Shown piece after piece: positions 20,348 through 21,069 of a stretch of 21,069 bases of DNA; position 1 is the stretch's first letter, and every line of letters starts with the position of its first letter. The notes beneath the pieces are model-generated. The model was not told the origin of the DNA, made no database searches, and worked only from the letters and a program-made list of their open reading frames with translations. Source of the DNA: Piromyces finnis finn (lineage: Eukaryota > Fungi > Neocallimastigomycota); NCBI GenBank assembly GCA_002104945.1, contig MCFH01000178.1, positions 1 to 21,069 of the forward strand, read 5' to 3'. The position numbers and the translations under genes are program-made.

Positions 20348-21069
20348 AATGTAATAACTAATAATAAAAAGTATATAGAAATAACGACATTCAACAAAAT
20401 ATAAAAATATAATAAAAATGAAATATAAATTTTAAAAAAAGAAATAAGAAATGCAAAAGAAAAAGAAAAATTTTAAAAAATATGTAATCATATTTATACA
20501 AAAATTTAAAAAGAAGAAGAAAAAAAAAAAAAGAAATAATAATTAATACATCTATCATGTATTAAAATTAAAATAATAAAAAATATAATAAATAAAAAAA
20601 ATTAAAAAATTAAAATATAAAAAGAATAAAAATAATATAATTTGAAAAAAAAAAGTTTTTAAAATGTATATATATTTTAGTTGATATTCAATTTTTTAAA
20701 AATAATATTGAATTTTATTTTAAAAAAAATAAATGATCAGATTATTATTATTATTAGTTAACATAAAAATTTTAAGAAAAACAAAAAAAAAAATATTTTT
20801 ATAAAAAAGAAGCTAACAAGCATTTCAAAATTTCTATGGCATATTTTTTAGATAAATCTTGATTCTTTTTATAGCAGTGAGGTGTTTGAATACCTATTAA
20901 ATTTATTTATAATAAAAAAAATCAATATATATTTTAGTGAAAATGAAAAAAAGACAAATCAAAATTATATAATTTTCATTTTACATACAATTTGGACAAC
21001 TAAAATTATTAAAATTATATAGGCATAAAAAGATATTATTAAATCATTAGAATTTTTCAATCTCTCATT

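Overview
Extremely AT-rich eukaryotic DNA, most likely from an anaerobic gut fungus (Neocallimastigomycota). This is inferred from near-pure A/T intergenic DNA, Asn-rich proteins and an intronless GH10 xylanase with a KTIP-repeat linker and CBM1. The window holds four main things. (1) A giant near-perfect palindrome spans 1..5478, with its apex near 2698-2751 and its left arm running off the window. It puts an inverted, deletion-riddled copy of the 5' part of the next gene head-to-head with that gene. (2) One very large gene, about 2,680 aa at 3835..11862 (+), is split across several ORFs by five single-base frameshifts. It has a Met/Gln/Asn-rich N-terminus, a PPxY motif, about 25 tandem 21/24-aa repeats each carrying F-x-x-L, a UBA-like domain and C-terminal Chs4/Skt5-type SEL1 repeats. 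(3) A secreted GH10 xylanase with a ~440-aa repetitive linker and CBM1 lies at 13053..15473 (-). (4) Long (TATT)n and (TAT)n microsatellites are followed by an unrecognised multi-pass membrane protein (19619..20347, +). No RNA genes, CRISPR arrays or recognisable transposons were seen. The pattern of homopolymer indels suggests a noisy long-read consensus, so the palindrome and frameshifts may be technical and need read-level checks.
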